A DNA stretch of 64,000 nt from Octopus sinensis (GCF_006345805.1 NC_043000.1:52080001-52144000); one strand, 5' to 3'. Shown: positions 11,453-25,635, numbered from the stretch's first letter. Numbers and translations are program-made. Notes: generated from the sequence alone by a model not told the origin.

Positions 11453-13237
11453 AAGTATGATATATTCATTCAGTGGGGATATAACCTCGTTCTGTATGAA
11501 TATATTTATGTTTGTATGCAAACGCGTGTATAATTTTTTTTTACTTAGACTTGTGTCTCCGTTTTGAGCCATATAACATAGCAAGCTTTGGCCAACTTGA
11601 TCGATCTATTGCAGTTCACTCACCTCCTGCCCAAGTAATCTTCGTATATTCGTTATGTTCCTGGATGGCCCACAGCAAATTTATCTGACCGGCTGTTTTC
11701 TCCTTCTCCTTCTCCCATTGTCTTCCTCCTTGCATCTCAAGTAACCAGAAGGCGCAAAATACGTAATACAATATAAATATCTTCTTTAAAACATTCACTA
11801 CAGATTGGCAGGAAATATAGAAATGCTCAGCGTGTTTTTAGTAAACACAAATTTCTAGCCATGCTATGAAGAGCGTGTTTTTAGTAAATACAAATTTCTA
11901 TCTATGCTATGAAAAGTGGGTATCATCATAAAATCAGAGTATTATTCTTTGTACTAAGAAAAACGTTAGATGTGACTAGGTTCAACGTTTATTAATGTAA
12001 TATTACTAGTGTGTGTTTTTAGTTAATAGAGAATTTTTTAGCTATGGTGTATAACACTAGTTTTCAAACCTTGACTGCTGTAAAATCATGTATAGATAAA
12101 TAGATATAAGCTACTATTGCCTCGGTGGAAATAAATGAATAAACGATGATCCTTGATAAGGCATTATGAAACATTGAAACCAGCTAGATCAGTTTTTTTT
12201 AAAGACAAGCTGAATATTTTGATGTAGTGTCCACTTAGCACAGGAAAGCTAAAACATGAAATGTTATAGAAAGTATGCAGGATAATCCATTTATTAATAC
12301 TTTATCTATGATTATCGATTTTTCTCAAGACTGTAAATTTGAGTGCCCGCGGCGGGATACGAACACAGAACGTAAATAGTTGAATCAAAATATTGTAAAT
12401 GTATTTTTGCCCAGCCTTCTACAAATTATAATCCAATACTTCTTTTCAGCTTATAAATATTAATGGCATACAGATTTTTCAAGGAATTTATATGGTAAAT
12501 ATATTTTCCTCCCATAAAAACATAATAGATATATATCTCAATTTATATGATGGAGAGGAATAAGTGTCAGTACAGTAATTTCTGGGAATTTATATAATGA
12601 ATACAAATAAAAACAATTTTCGTCAACACATCCCTTCGGTTCTATTTTTTTTATCACCTCAGAGATTTTCTTCATTTGTTTATAACATCTTATTATGGAG
12701 GTGTTCTTATAGAAGTTTTCTCATTTGATGATCGAATATATCACTACGTAAACGGATAATGGGTTTACTCAAAACTTCGTTTCTAAAATCCTCTAGAAAG
12801 ATACTATAAGAAACTCAACTACATACTTATCTTGACATTAACCATTCAGTAAAAGACAAAAACAATTTATATTGAAAATATAAAATAAAAGATAAATAAA
12901 GAGATAAATAAAAACAGCTTCTTCCCCGTCTTACAGTTATCAATTCCGGTGAAGGAAATGGTAAAACGAAAAAAGAAATAAAGGAAAAATGTACAGCAGT
13001 AAGAAAAAAAATATATCATTTCCAATTAGAGTTACAGAGGTAATGCAGAGAAAGGTGCTAAATTAATACACACACACGCGCACAAGTGCGTTTGTATGTA
13101 TGTATGCCTTTATATGTTTATATGTTTTTATGTAAGTATGCTTATATATATTTCTATATATGTATAAATGCGTGAATATATGAGAGTGTGTTCACGCTAG
13201 TGTGCGTATATACAGATCTCACATGTTTTATACTAGT

Positions 13238-13263
13238 ATATATATATATATATATATATATAC

Positions 13264-13353
<90 letters not shown>

Positions 13354-13805
13354 GTATGCATGATTTCGCATGTTAGACTGAATACAGTATATGTGTGAGT
13401 ACATTTGTGAATGTGTGTATGTGTGAATAGACACACGTACATACATATACCAACATGCAATTACGTATGCATTTATACATATGTATACCAATATAATTGT
13501 ACGCATAAATATATATATATTCATACACACAATTATACTTACTAACTTTTAAAAGTTTATATGTATGTATGCATGTATATATATGTTTATATGTATGTAT
13601 ATATATATGTTTACAGGCACAGTAACACATACTTTATATATGACAATAGTTAAGAAATATATAGATTCGCATTTGTACACACATATATACACAGCATACA
13701 TACACGTATATATTATTTATTGCTTATATGACGCCACGTTTGAGAGACCTCTGCATATGTTATGAATACTTTACAAATGAATTTTCTTTATATGAGCATA
13801 TATAC

Positions 13806-13864
<59 letters not shown>

Positions 13865-14095
13865 CATACGTGTATAAATATGTATATATAATGTGTATAT
13901 GTATATATATATATATATACATATACGCGTACATGCATATATATGTATGCATACATATATACATACATATACATTTGTATATGTATATGTCTCTGTACAT
14001 ATTTGTATGTGTCTATGGGTATACGGAAACGTGTATATGTGTACATATACTTTTACAAATATATATATTTACATATATAACGTCATACATATATT

Positions 14096-14188
<93 letters not shown>

Positions 14189-14195
14189 CATACAT
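13238..14195. repeat. (TA)n / (CATA)n microsatellite field
   Basis: Long (TA)n tracts near 13238-13340, 13818-13862, 14100-14175; similar fields at 14875-14950, 21170-21900, 26460-26580, 27840-28195, 51300-51795, 56345-56785. Confidence 0.95.
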
Positions 14196-14514
14196 ATGTG
14201 GTAAATTTACTCACATACAAACCTTTCTATACGTATACCCGAATGTAAATCATAACTAACCGATATGTTATTCTGTTATTCACGTAATTATCTCGTAGTT
14301 GCAACAGTAGACCCTTATTAAATTTTAGGTGAATATATTTTGCCAAGATATTCTTTCCTTCTTGTTTTACATATTCTCGTTTGTCTTCTTGTATAATATA
14401 TAAATTAATGCATACACTCTCGTAAACCTACATACATACATACATATGCAACTATTATATGCAACCATTGACACATACAAACTTATACTTACTTTATGTA
14501 TACATGCGTGCGTA

Positions 14515-14548
<34 letters not shown>

Positions 14549-14867
14549 TTGTGTTCAGAAGTAAGTTTGACAGGGTGAGAAAGAGATGGAAAATGAACGA
14601 GTGAAATTTGTATTCATATTTTAAAGTATGTTCTTATATACGTCTCTGTTCTACACTCATGAGGTGAGAGTCATTTGTTCACTAATTATCTTTATATAAA
14701 TACATATTTACACAAACAGGCACATCGCTCACACTGCACCAACATACACAAGTAGCCACATGTATATATGCATGTGTTCATTAGCATTATGTGCGCATCT
14801 AGTATGTATACTGAAATAATGTTTCAGTATACATAGAATTGTTGTTTGGGGCATTCAAAGAATATAA

Positions 14868-14951
<84 letters not shown>

Positions 14952-15239
14952 ATATATACATATATTTATATGTATATATGTATATGTATATATACAGTAA
15001 CACACGCATGTCTATACAGCCATAACACACACACACAAACATATATATATATATATATATGTACACACATAAAAACGTCCTCCCATGAATGTGTACATCT
15101 TCATGCAAATATGCCAATCATTTTCTAATTACACTCTTATGTACATTGTTGTAGTGCGTATACCTATGGTATGAAGGTATCTAGACTACTTGTTTATTTT
15201 GATTACCAGTCCAGTAATACGTTGTGTTCACGAGGAAAC

Positions 15240-16190
15240 ACTTCATTTCGAGTTGCTCCAGCCATCTTAGCTGTGTATGGGTAACATACAATTCAGATGA
15301 GGGAGAACGTCTGCATCCCCACCTGTCCAGCGCGATGGCATTATTTGAAAGTTTCCACAATGCTGCGAAGCCATTGAAGTATTATAATAACATCCGCTAG
15401 TCTAGCGAATGGAATGATACATGCATAGATACATAGATACATACATAGATACATACATACATACATATATATATACATACATACATACATACATACATAC
15501 ATACATACATGATAGCTGCCCTCTCTCTATCAAGTATAGCCATTGCACGAAGCTTAACTGTTATTGGTGCTGTGATCAAATGTGACTTTTATTTGCTTTT
15601 TAAGGCTACAACCAGCCATTCAGTTGAGACTCAGAGCACTATCAACAATCATGAACAATGTTGTTATCGTGCAATGCCTGTGGAAGAAGATTTTTTTTAA
15701 GCGAGGAAAGGCAGTGCACTGAGTCAATCCCACTCACCAAGGAACAGCAGCCATAATCCGAAAAGAGGAAGTCAACATCATCGGTAACCACTGAGCCGCA
15801 AGTTTTAGGTCGGAGTTATCTTAGTCAACTGAGTTACCTTCTTTTAGAAGGATGCCCTAACAAAGGCTAGGAGTTCGTCACTCCCAATGATTTAACCGCG
15901 CGATCGAGTATTTAGTCCGATTATTTCTATGTCTCCGCGCATGATACAGCCTTACGCCTTAAGAGAGAGAGAGAGAAAAAAAAGAAATACACATTTATTG
16001 GATAGCCATTGACTCTCAAGAGTTCTTCCGCCCTTTGACGGGTTTTGTTTTTCATCCCGCAGGGTGTCCAATAAACACCCTCCTCACCAAGCAAGCTTGG
16101 TGGGGTTGCCGGTTTAGTCGCCGACGGCCCGACCATGCAACAGGTTGTATTGGTTTACATGTTACCAGTAGCACTCGAAAGTGACCTGAC
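15240..16190 (-). mobile_element. Decayed RTE-like LINE pieces (coding remnant near 15240-15330; putative 5' UTR segments 15690-16190)
   Basis: Minus strand ...THTQLRWLEQL resembles the RTE QLRWxGH motif; the neighbouring GC-richer blocks look like LINE 5' UTR. Weak. Confidence 0.35.
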
Positions 16191-16355
16191 ATACATACAT
16201 ATATACATACATACATGCATACATACATGCATACATACATACATGCATACATACATACATGCATAAATACATACATGCATACATACATATGTACATATGT
16301 ATATATATATATATTTAAAAAAGGAGATGTGGAACACGAGTTGTGATATATAAAA

Positions 16356-16552
16356 AAAGGAAATGAAGAAAATGCTGACAAAATAATTTAAGTAAGGGAG
16401 AGTGTATTTAATTAGGTGAAAGTTCTTTTTACCGGTTGCATATTTGTTATGCTTATCAAAAGATATTTGAGATAGAGTTCCTTTCTGATTGAGAAAAAAA
16501 TCAATCACTCTCCCTTACTTAAATTATTTTGTCAGCATTTTCTTCATTTCCT

Positions 16553-16554
<2 letters not shown>
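16356..16554. repeat. 49-bp perfect inverted repeat enclosing a decayed hammerhead-like motif
   Basis: aaaggaaatgaagaaaatgctgacaaaataatttaagtaagggagagtg (16356-16404) and its reverse complement (16506-16554). Confidence 0.9.
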
Positions 16555-16608
<54 letters not shown>

Positions 16609-17959
16609 TCATATAGATGTTTTTCTCATTCACGATTTTAAACTTTTACCATTGATAAACAAAAAATATTGTTGAAACTAGTTTGGTTATATATGTAAAT
16701 AGATGTATTTTAAACAATTAGGAGTTTTTCAAATTTAGGTGCATTTTCAACATCACATTTGCCTATATTCCTATATATACATACAATGTACACGACAGGA
16801 AATAAAGTGTAAAATTATTTAATAAATGATGTTATATCTAGTCGTACCAGCTACTCTTAATTTTCCTTAGACTTTACGTTTACTTTGCAGTCTTCCATTT
16901 ATGTACAATTTCTGCGTACCAGATTTGATTTCCTCCCCGATGTCTTTGCCCTAACAAACAACAAAATGATGCATGTATGTGTGTACACATGTATGCATGT
17001 ATGTATGTATATTTATATAAGTACACACACACACATCATTTTGCTTTGTTTTGTTTTGTTTACACTCGGCCCTGAATTCTCGACAAAAGGAATATTTTGT
17101 GCGGGCACCGCCAGTTACGGAGCTCTCAGTCTTATCATGAAAGGTGCGAAACTGTGTATTAGCAATTCGTTGATAACCGATAAAGAATTTGGGACCTTCT
17201 GTTTTTGTCTCCGGATTTACAATATGTATACGTTATGTCGTATGTTTATTTACCATTAAATTTCATTGCCAACATAATATTGCTGTCTTGTGAGGGACGT
17301 TGTTAAATCTTACTTTAAAGAAATGTTATTCTATGTCTCTCTCTGAGACATCTAGAAATAATATTGTTTCTATTTATAGATCAGTGGCTGTGTGTCACGT
17401 TGAAATGTATATGTTCGAATCGTGAATTCAGCAATGCCACCTAGCCAAGCAGGTACTCTGTGTTGATGAAGAGCAATAACCATAATTTCATAACACACCC
17501 TCAAAACAACAACGGGGATACTCCAACAACAAACAAAAAATAAGAAATCACTATACACAGGATAGACTTTACAACCTACCCGCCGCCCTAAGGAGATACT
17601 AACGTAATTTTCATTCAAAGAATCCACTTAACAACCACGTACAACAAACCCGTACCACACGAAATAATTACCAACGACGGTCCTTTAAAGCACCACATCC
17701 GAACATGGAATGTAGGACACACTTTTCAATCCCTATCCAAGAACGCGCACCATAAATCCCGACAACAGGGCACTACGCATCAACAGGGCACTACGCATCA
17801 ACAGGGGACAACTACATAACTGCTTCCATCCCAACCAATAATTTTTTTAGACTCAGTTCACAAACACAGGGATATGAGATAGCACCAGACATACAGTAGA
17901 AACCAAAAGGGATAAAAGTCATCAATCAAACTCACAAAGAACTAACACCAGACCAAATT

Positions 17960-20100
17960 AACATACTCTCCAAAGGGCTCAAGTTTACCCCCACCCTCAT
18001 CGCGTCACAACAACAACGAAATGAAAGAAGAGAAAAAAGTCGTTGCGGAATTCTGCAAAAAATTAAGACTCACCTAGTAACTATACGACAAATACAACGA
18101 GTACGACTCGTTAGCCAGAAATAGAAGTAACTACACCTCATCAAAAGATAGGAACAAAATTCTTGACCATTTCTGTGGACAGATCACGAATTACCCATAT
18201 CAATACATACACAAACAAAAATACAAGCCAAACTTCAGCAAGAAGGAATGAGCTGAGCTGAACAGATTAAATGAGGATAAAACAATAACAATTAAAGAGG
18301 CTCATAAAAGGAGTACAGTAGTCTTAATGGATACAGTATACTATATAACTCTAGTGCTATCCATGTTAGAAAACGCAACATACTATGAAAAGGCTCTACA
18401 CTACAATCAGCAGAAAATAAATCTATACAGAGAAAGGCTTACCGACAAGGATTATGACTATATGACTAACTTCAAAAGTAAATCCATTCAATTTTATGGT
18501 ACTACTGAGATACACAAAAGTTGAAAAAATAAGTAACACATGCAGGGGAGCTACAGATATAATAGTCAATGGTCTCAAAATAAGACCTATAATATCATGC
18601 CCCGCATTCGAAATTCACCGCCTCAGCAACTTTTAAGATACGGTCTTAAAACCATTGCTCAAGCATATCAAAAGCTACACAAGGGACGACCTAGATATGT
18701 TCAACCACCTATCTGAAACAATTAATAAAAAACAAAATCCTTACTAGTATCATACGATGTAGTCAATTTGTACTCTAATATCCCCCACAACCTAGGAAGA
18801 GAAGCAATCCAATGATGGCTATAGAATTATGCAATGTACTCCTACATCGCATTAAAAAGAATTCGTAATAAAAGGGCTACAATTCATCTTCGTATTCAAT
18901 CAATGACAAATTCGTATTCAGTGACGGTATTCGGGGTCTGCGATGGGTACGAGAAAGGACCCCCTCTTTTGCTAACCTAGTCATGAGGTAACTAGAAATC
19001 ACACTTTATCGTAAGGTACTAGGAAAATACGGAAACCCATTCATCCTTTATATACAAAAAACTAGAAGAGATATATAGATGACTGCTTCATTCCTTGGCT
19101 TGAACGTATAGACTTAAAGAATTTCAAGCACTTCTAAATGGACTTCACATAAACATTCAATTTACGATGAAATATAGCCATCAACATCTATCATTCCTCG
19201 ACAACCTCATTAAGAAATACATCAGCCAAATCGAAACAGACATACTATAAGCACACGGGATCCAAGCAATATCTGCCGTTCAACTCATGCCACCCCAGGC
19301 ACACTAGAATAACTATCCTTTTCTTTCTGACAAAAAGGATTTGCACTATAGTATCTAACACACACGACTACATGAGCTAAATGATACACTCATCAGCAGG
19401 AATTATCCACCATCACTAAGTGATTTAGGTTTTGAACGTGCCCTACTACTCAACATCCCAAACTAAAGTATGAGTTAGGGCAAAAGATCCTACCTTACAT
19501 ATTCACACTGAACCTCCTAAACAATGAGGCTTTCGACACTATCCTCCACAACATTCCTTTACTAAAAAGGGACCATAGAATGAACCAAATCCTCTAAACA
19601 CACACCATCATAAATAGGAAAGACAACTTACGTCACAGTAAAGTATTATAACACAAGCCCAATTACACTCGTCAATAACATCGAAACCGACATTAAATAA
19701 CTGTGGAAGACATAACTGATGTATATGCGTCAACCTAATTGAGGGATCGAAGTTCTCTTTCAAATAAGATCAATGATTCACAGTGAAAAACAACTTTACA
19801 TGAACATCGGAAAACCTAATATGTATGTTAACTTGTTCAGTGTCGAGAGCAATAAATCGGTTAAACTAAAACATTCTACGCCACAGGATGACCGTACATA
19901 GATCCCAGATTAAAATACGGGAATGCAGAAAAATAACATTAAGTGTACACATCGACATTTGCTCCACTAATGAACAACACAATTTTAGAATTTTTCCCCT
20001 CTATAAATTTAGGGACAATGCAACCTATAACCAGCGCATTATCAAAGAATCATATTTTATCGCCAAATATAAATCTTTTTTAATGCTTCCATCACATATT
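17960..20100 (+). mobile_element. Penelope-like retroelement, near-complete RT + GIY-YIG coding region, heavily pseudogenised
   Basis: Ordered motifs across stops and frameshifts: LSKGLKFTPT (17966), IKEAHKRSTVVLMD, FYGTTEIHK, IRPIIS, YDVVNLYSNIPH, GSAMGT..FANLVM, RYIDDCF (19069), FLD, SCHPRHT, Cys-rich linker, RHRMTVHRSQI, RIIKESYFI. Confidence 0.9.
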
Positions 20101-20269
20101 ATACTACTACAAGGATCTTAGAATAATACCCACAAAGATATTAAAAACAATAAATATATTAAGAACAGTCACTACCCATGAATTTATTTAGAAGAGTTCC
20201 TGCCACTACCGCTACAAGTACAACAGGTCACTTTTAGGAGACTCTCTACTATTAAATTACACCACTCCC

Positions 20270-20304
<35 letters not shown>

Positions 20305-20683
20305 CTTGTTCCTCTTCTTCATCTTCGGCTGGTGTTGCTTAAATCATCAAACTTCAGAAACAAATATTTCTCTGTACCCATAACGACTATTTTTTCGAAT
20401 ATGCTACAGCCTACAGTCACAAAGGAAAATACAGACAGAAAAAATCTCCTACCTATCTGAAGACTATGGAAATATTTGCAAAACATTTCAATCAAATTTA
20501 TTTTCAATCTAATTGTTTTTCTTCTTAATATCCCCCTTTCTTTTACGCTTAGTTGAAAAAGTAGAAAACACTGAAACCGATACGAAGCGTTACAAAATGT
20601 ATTTCAACATAAAATTCTTTTAGCATTTCCTACCTTGTCTTTTTTGCCTTATACATATCAACTCGTGTGTTACTTTGCAACAG

Positions 20684-20729
<46 letters not shown>

Positions 20730-20772
20730 AACACACACACAAACACGCACATGTATAATGTGTGTGTGTGTA

Positions 20773-20814
<42 letters not shown>

Positions 20815-20975
20815 TGCTGCAACACTGAAGCCCGGTATAAATCCTAAAGGCTATTTTTTTTATTACCTGATAGTTAAAGCTTTGAAAACGTAGTATCCTT
20901 ATATAACAGATATTTTCATTGCTAAAGAAACGCGTGTGAGATGAGAAGACCAAAGAGTTTATAAACGAACCCTAC

Positions 20976-21246
20976 TGATTTGTTAGATCTTTCTTTATGT
21001 ACTTTGTGATCTATCATACTTTAGAGAACAATGAAAGGAACTGGGACTAGAGTACGAGTTTCCTTTCTTGTTTTCTTGTTTTCTTCTTGGATATGTAAAA
21101 ATGATTCATGCTTTAAATACTGTTATTTGTCATGCAATTTAAATTTCAATCGCTTTACATGATTATCATATATATATATAATATATATAATATATATATA
21201 TACAATACATACTACATATGTACGTATATATATATATATATGTACT

Positions 21247-21297
<51 letters not shown>

Positions 21298-21762
21298 ATA
21301 TACAACACACATATACGTATATATATAGAGGTATATATACATACGAATATATGTATATATATTTATATGTAGAGAGAAAGAATCAATATCTGTGTATATA
21401 ATGTATATATATATATTAATATATACATATATATGTATATGTATGTAAAATGTATGTATGCATATTTGCATCTGTGAATATGATTTGTTAGATCTTTCTT
21501 TATGTACTTTGTGATCTATCATACTTTAGAGAACAATGAAAGGAAACTGGGACTAGAGTACGAGTTTCCTTTCTTGTTTTCTTCTTGGATATGTAAAAAT
21601 GAATTCAATGCTTTAAATACTTATTATTGTCATGCAATTTAAATTTCATCGCTTTACATGATTATATATATATATATATATATAATATATATATATATAT
21701 ACATACATACATATGTACGTATATATATATATATATGTACTTATATATATATATATATATAG

Positions 21763-21798
<36 letters not shown>

Positions 21799-21973
21799 CA
21801 CACACAATACGTATATATAGAGGTATATATACATACGAATATATGTATATATATTATATGTAGAAAGAGAAAGATCAATATCTGTGTATATAAATGTATA
21901 TATATATATTAATATATACATATATATGTATATGTATGTAAAATGTATGTATGCATATTTGCATCTGTGAATA
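20976..21973. repeat. Tandem duplication of about 500 bp
   Basis: tgatttgttagatctttctttatgtac starts at 20976 and 21481; both copies end gcatctgtgaata; differences lie mostly in (TA)n lengths. Confidence 0.92.
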
Positions 21974-22362
21974 TACATGTGTATGTATGTGTTTTTGACT
22001 GTGTGTGAGTGTGTTTGCGTGTGTGTGTGCATGTGCGTGTGTGTGTGTGTTTGCGTGTGTGTTGTATAAACAAAGAAAAATGCTGAAAACACTTTATTTT
22101 GGACACGTGTAGATCTATTGTAAGTTTTTATGGTAAACAGGATTACGAATAGCAGCTTTCAACGCGCTGTTGAATACAGTCACACAAGAGTGGTTGCATA
22201 AACTATTTCGCTATAGGTTTATAATGGAGTTTAAACACGCGCACGCATACTTACACACACATACCTAATACGCATTTATACATATATGTATACATACACA
22301 CACAATTCTTTTGAGTAAATGCATAATTTTATATACAACCTTTATATAGCTTACATGATAGC

Positions 22363-22423
<61 letters not shown>

Positions 22424-22519
22424 ATATAGGAAACACATAACACATATTTATATGTATATGTGTATGCATGTGTGTTTTATGAGTAAGCGTGCGTATATGC
22501 ATCTCCCTAATCTCTGAAG

Positions 22520-23790
22520 CTTCAATTAATTTCCTTGATACATATCTTTAGCGACCATTTCATCGACACTCCCTCCACCACTATCTTCTACTTGGCAACA
22601 AGCTCTCTCTCCTACCCTGACTTTTCTAAAAAAGAAGTCCTGCAATTCCGCAGTCTGTGTAGTTGTAGCGACGATGGCGGTGAGCTGGCAGAAACGTTAG
22701 CACACCGGGCGAAATGCTTGGCGGTATTGCGTCTGTCGTTGCGTTCTGAGTTCAAATTCTGCCGAGGTTGACTTTGCCTGTCATCCTTTCGGGGTCGATA
22801 AATTAAGTACCAGTTACGCACTGGGGTCGATGTAATCGACTTAATCCGTTTGTCTGTCCTTGTTTGTCCCCTCTATGTTTAGCCCCTTGTGGGTAATAAA
22901 GAAATAGGTATTGCGTCTGCCGTTGCGTTCTGAGTTCAAATTCCGCCGAGGTCGACTTTGCCTGTCATCCTTTCGGGGTCGATAAATTAAGTACCAGTTA
23001 CGCACTGGGGTCGATGTAATCGACTTAATCCGTTTGTCTGTCCTTGTTTGTCCCCTCTATGTTTATCCCCTTGTGTGCAATAAAGAAACAGATATTTTGA
23101 TCAACCCTTCACAAAAAGGCTGTCTCTCCATTCAATGAAGATTCACTTACAGTGGTTCAAGCTTTCCTGCACTCGCTAAGACGACCACATTTATGTATTG
23201 TCTCCTGACACTCACCCCACATTATACTGTACTTTACCACTCACTTTCCACTGTCCAGTGTGTTTCTGCCTCTTCACATCTCTTTTTCAAATCACCACTC
23301 CTTTCTTCAATGGTATCTGCAACGTATGCAAATTAGTGTTTTGTAGTTTCTTCCTAGCATTCCTTACCCGAGGCGAATGCATCTCTTGTTTTCTGTCCCA
23401 TTACCTATTCAGTCAGTTTCCTCACCAAGACCTCTCCCTTATTAGACACCACCACAACACCACGCGTCAAGTGCTCTATGTGTGACACACTAACTATTTC
23501 AGACCAATCAGTTGCCGTTTTGTCGACCGATTCATTGAATCTCCCACATAAAAATGGGAAGCGGAGAATGACATTCTTACGTTACTGAACAAAGGATTTG
23601 ATTTTGAGTTATCAGACGTCTGTCTCTTGTCAATTCTGCTCTGCAGATCACTCGGTCTATGATCGATACGCTTCTCGTTTGGCTTCACACACCCGATCCC
23701 CCAAATACAAGCTTCGCCAAGATAAACGATCTATATATCCATCTCTTAATTCTAAGTGTTTTCATGCTAAATTCACAACTCTTCCGCTAT
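22520..23790 (+). mobile_element. Strongly decayed Penelope-like thumb/GIY-YIG relic interrupted by a SINE
   Basis: LQFRSLCSCSDD just before the SINE resembles PLE thumb QFLRLRRLCSDD; QT...DRFIE near 23500-23540 resembles GQT-R-L-DRF-EH. Confidence 0.45.
22676..23089 (+). mobile_element. SINE family B, dimer
   Basis: Head ggcggtgagctggcagaaacgttagc then two units joined at aaagaaata|ggtattgcgtctg. Confidence 0.9.
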
Positions 23791-24129
23791 TGACAACTAC
23801 TTGAATACACTTAATCTCGTACGTACCGCCGGTGCAAATACATGCGCACACCCACTTACATATGATAGCATTTCTACGTGGCATATATACGACAAAAATA
23901 CACACACGCACTATTTCTATATGCACATACACATTGACTTAGACTACACACACGCATTCACAACATAATGCAACAGGTATACACGCGTCTCTGCATATAC
24001 ACACGCACAATCAAATAAGGTAATATATATTCTAAGGAAAATTTCGATTATACATACATTAATAGACAGGCAGATACAAAACCAGTTACACGCACGCGAG
24101 CACGGTAATGCGCTCTTCCCACTATATTT

Positions 24130-24195
24130 CTGTAGTGGTTAAGAGCGCGGGCTACTAACCGCAAGATTCCGAGTTCGATTGCGGGTAGTGAGCTG

Positions 24196-24266
<71 letters not shown>

Positions 24267-24455
24267 TGATAATAATAACAATGATGGTAATAATAATAAC
24301 AACAACAACATCGAAAACTACCTTAGGAATGAGAACACAGGTTCGAAATTTTCACAGGGCACCTGATGAAGGCTGGAGGGTATATCAACCGGAACGTTGT
24401 GTTATCAACAAAGTGAGGACAATTATCCGTCAATTGTAAATAATGTAAATAATGT
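24130..24455 (+). mobile_element. tRNA-headed, hammerhead-tailed SINE-like element (family H), 5'-truncated head
   Basis: gtagtggttaagagcgcgggctactaacc..gagttcgatt, (TAA)n, aacatcgaaaactaccttaggaatgagaac, hammerhead 24358-24403, tail tgtaaataatgtaaataatgta. Confidence 0.85.
24358..24403 (+). ncRNA. Minimal type I hammerhead ribozyme motif (GAAA mutated to GGAA)
   Basis: GGCAC-CTGATGA-A-GGCTGG-agggtata-TCAACC-GGAAC-GTT-GTGTT. Confidence 0.65.
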
Positions 24456-24464
24456 ATATATATA

Positions 24465-25355
24465 TGTGATAAATAAAAATATATGCATACATACAAACAT
24501 ATATGTACGTACCTACATCTACATGTATATATACATGCACATATAAATAAATATACGTAAGTGCAGGACGCCACAACAAGACGTAGAAACGGGAAAAACA
24601 AAAAATTTTTTCGACAAGTACAGGACAGGATACACAAGGAAAAATCCAAAAATTTTTTACAAGAAAACAGGTACAGGACATGCTACACAAGGAAAAATCC
24701 ACCGTCATCAGCTGTCGCTTAGTTAACTCAGGCGTGTTTCGAAGGCAAGACAGGACACTCGTTACCTAGGCCTTCCTGCGAGAGAATTAAAATTAAATTC
24801 CAAGCAGCGGGGTAAAACGGGTAAGAACACAAACAGGATGTAAGAATAAAACTGCACAATAAAATACAAGATAAAATTACATGTACAAAAAAATACAAGA
24901 CGAGAAATAAAAAGAGAATACAATACGGGAAATCAAACAAACAAGAGGACAGATGAGAAAAACCAAACAGACGAAAAGGGCCGTTTTTGGCTAGACGAAA
25001 GATGTTGTGTGGCAGCGTGTGGAAAGCAAGACTTTTCAGTAGCAGAGGCCTAGGTAACGAGTGTCCTGTCTTGCCTTCGAAACACCCCGAGTTAACTAGC
25101 GACAGCTGATGACGGTGGATTTTTCCTTGTGTAGCATGTCCTGTACTTGTTTTCTTGTTGTAAAATTTTTTTGGATTTTTCCTTGTGTAGCCTGTCCTGT
25201 ACTTGTCGAAAAATGTTTTTGTTTTTCCCGTTTCTACGTCTTGTTGTGGCGTCCTGTATTTACGTATATTTATTTATATGTGCATGTATATACACATGTA
25301 GATGTAGGTACGTACATATATGTTTGTATGTATGCATATATTTTTATTTATCACA
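24465..25355. repeat. Long inverted repeat, about 310-bp arms (24465-24773 / 25046-25355); probable PLE-type non-autonomous element
   Basis: Arms are near-exact reverse complements (same pseudo-ORF MTVDFSLCSMSCTCFL on both strands); tcatcag(c/t)tgt block shared with 30795-30940 and 43280-43860. Confidence 0.92.
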
Positions 25356-25435
25356 TTATTGTCTGACAGCGCCTCGCGTCAGGTTCGTTTCGATTTATCG
25401 GTTCGTTCCACTTCTTGTCTCCATTAAATTTTATA

Positions 25436-25635
25436 GGCGCAGGAGTGGCTGTGTGGTAAGTAGCTTGCTAACCAACCACATGGTTCCGGGTTCAGTCCCA
25501 CTGCGTGGCATCTTGGGCAAGTGTCTTCTGCTATAACCCCGGGCCGACCAATGCCTTGTGAGTGGATTGGTAGACGGAAACTGAATGAAAGAAGCCTGTC
25601 GTATGTTAGTATATATATATTATATATATATATAT

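Noticed and set aside
25070-25120. Type II hammerhead from GAAAC...CTGATGA in the foldback arms (also 30895, 43400)
   Set aside because: Core words are present but I could not build stems I-III with correct geometry.
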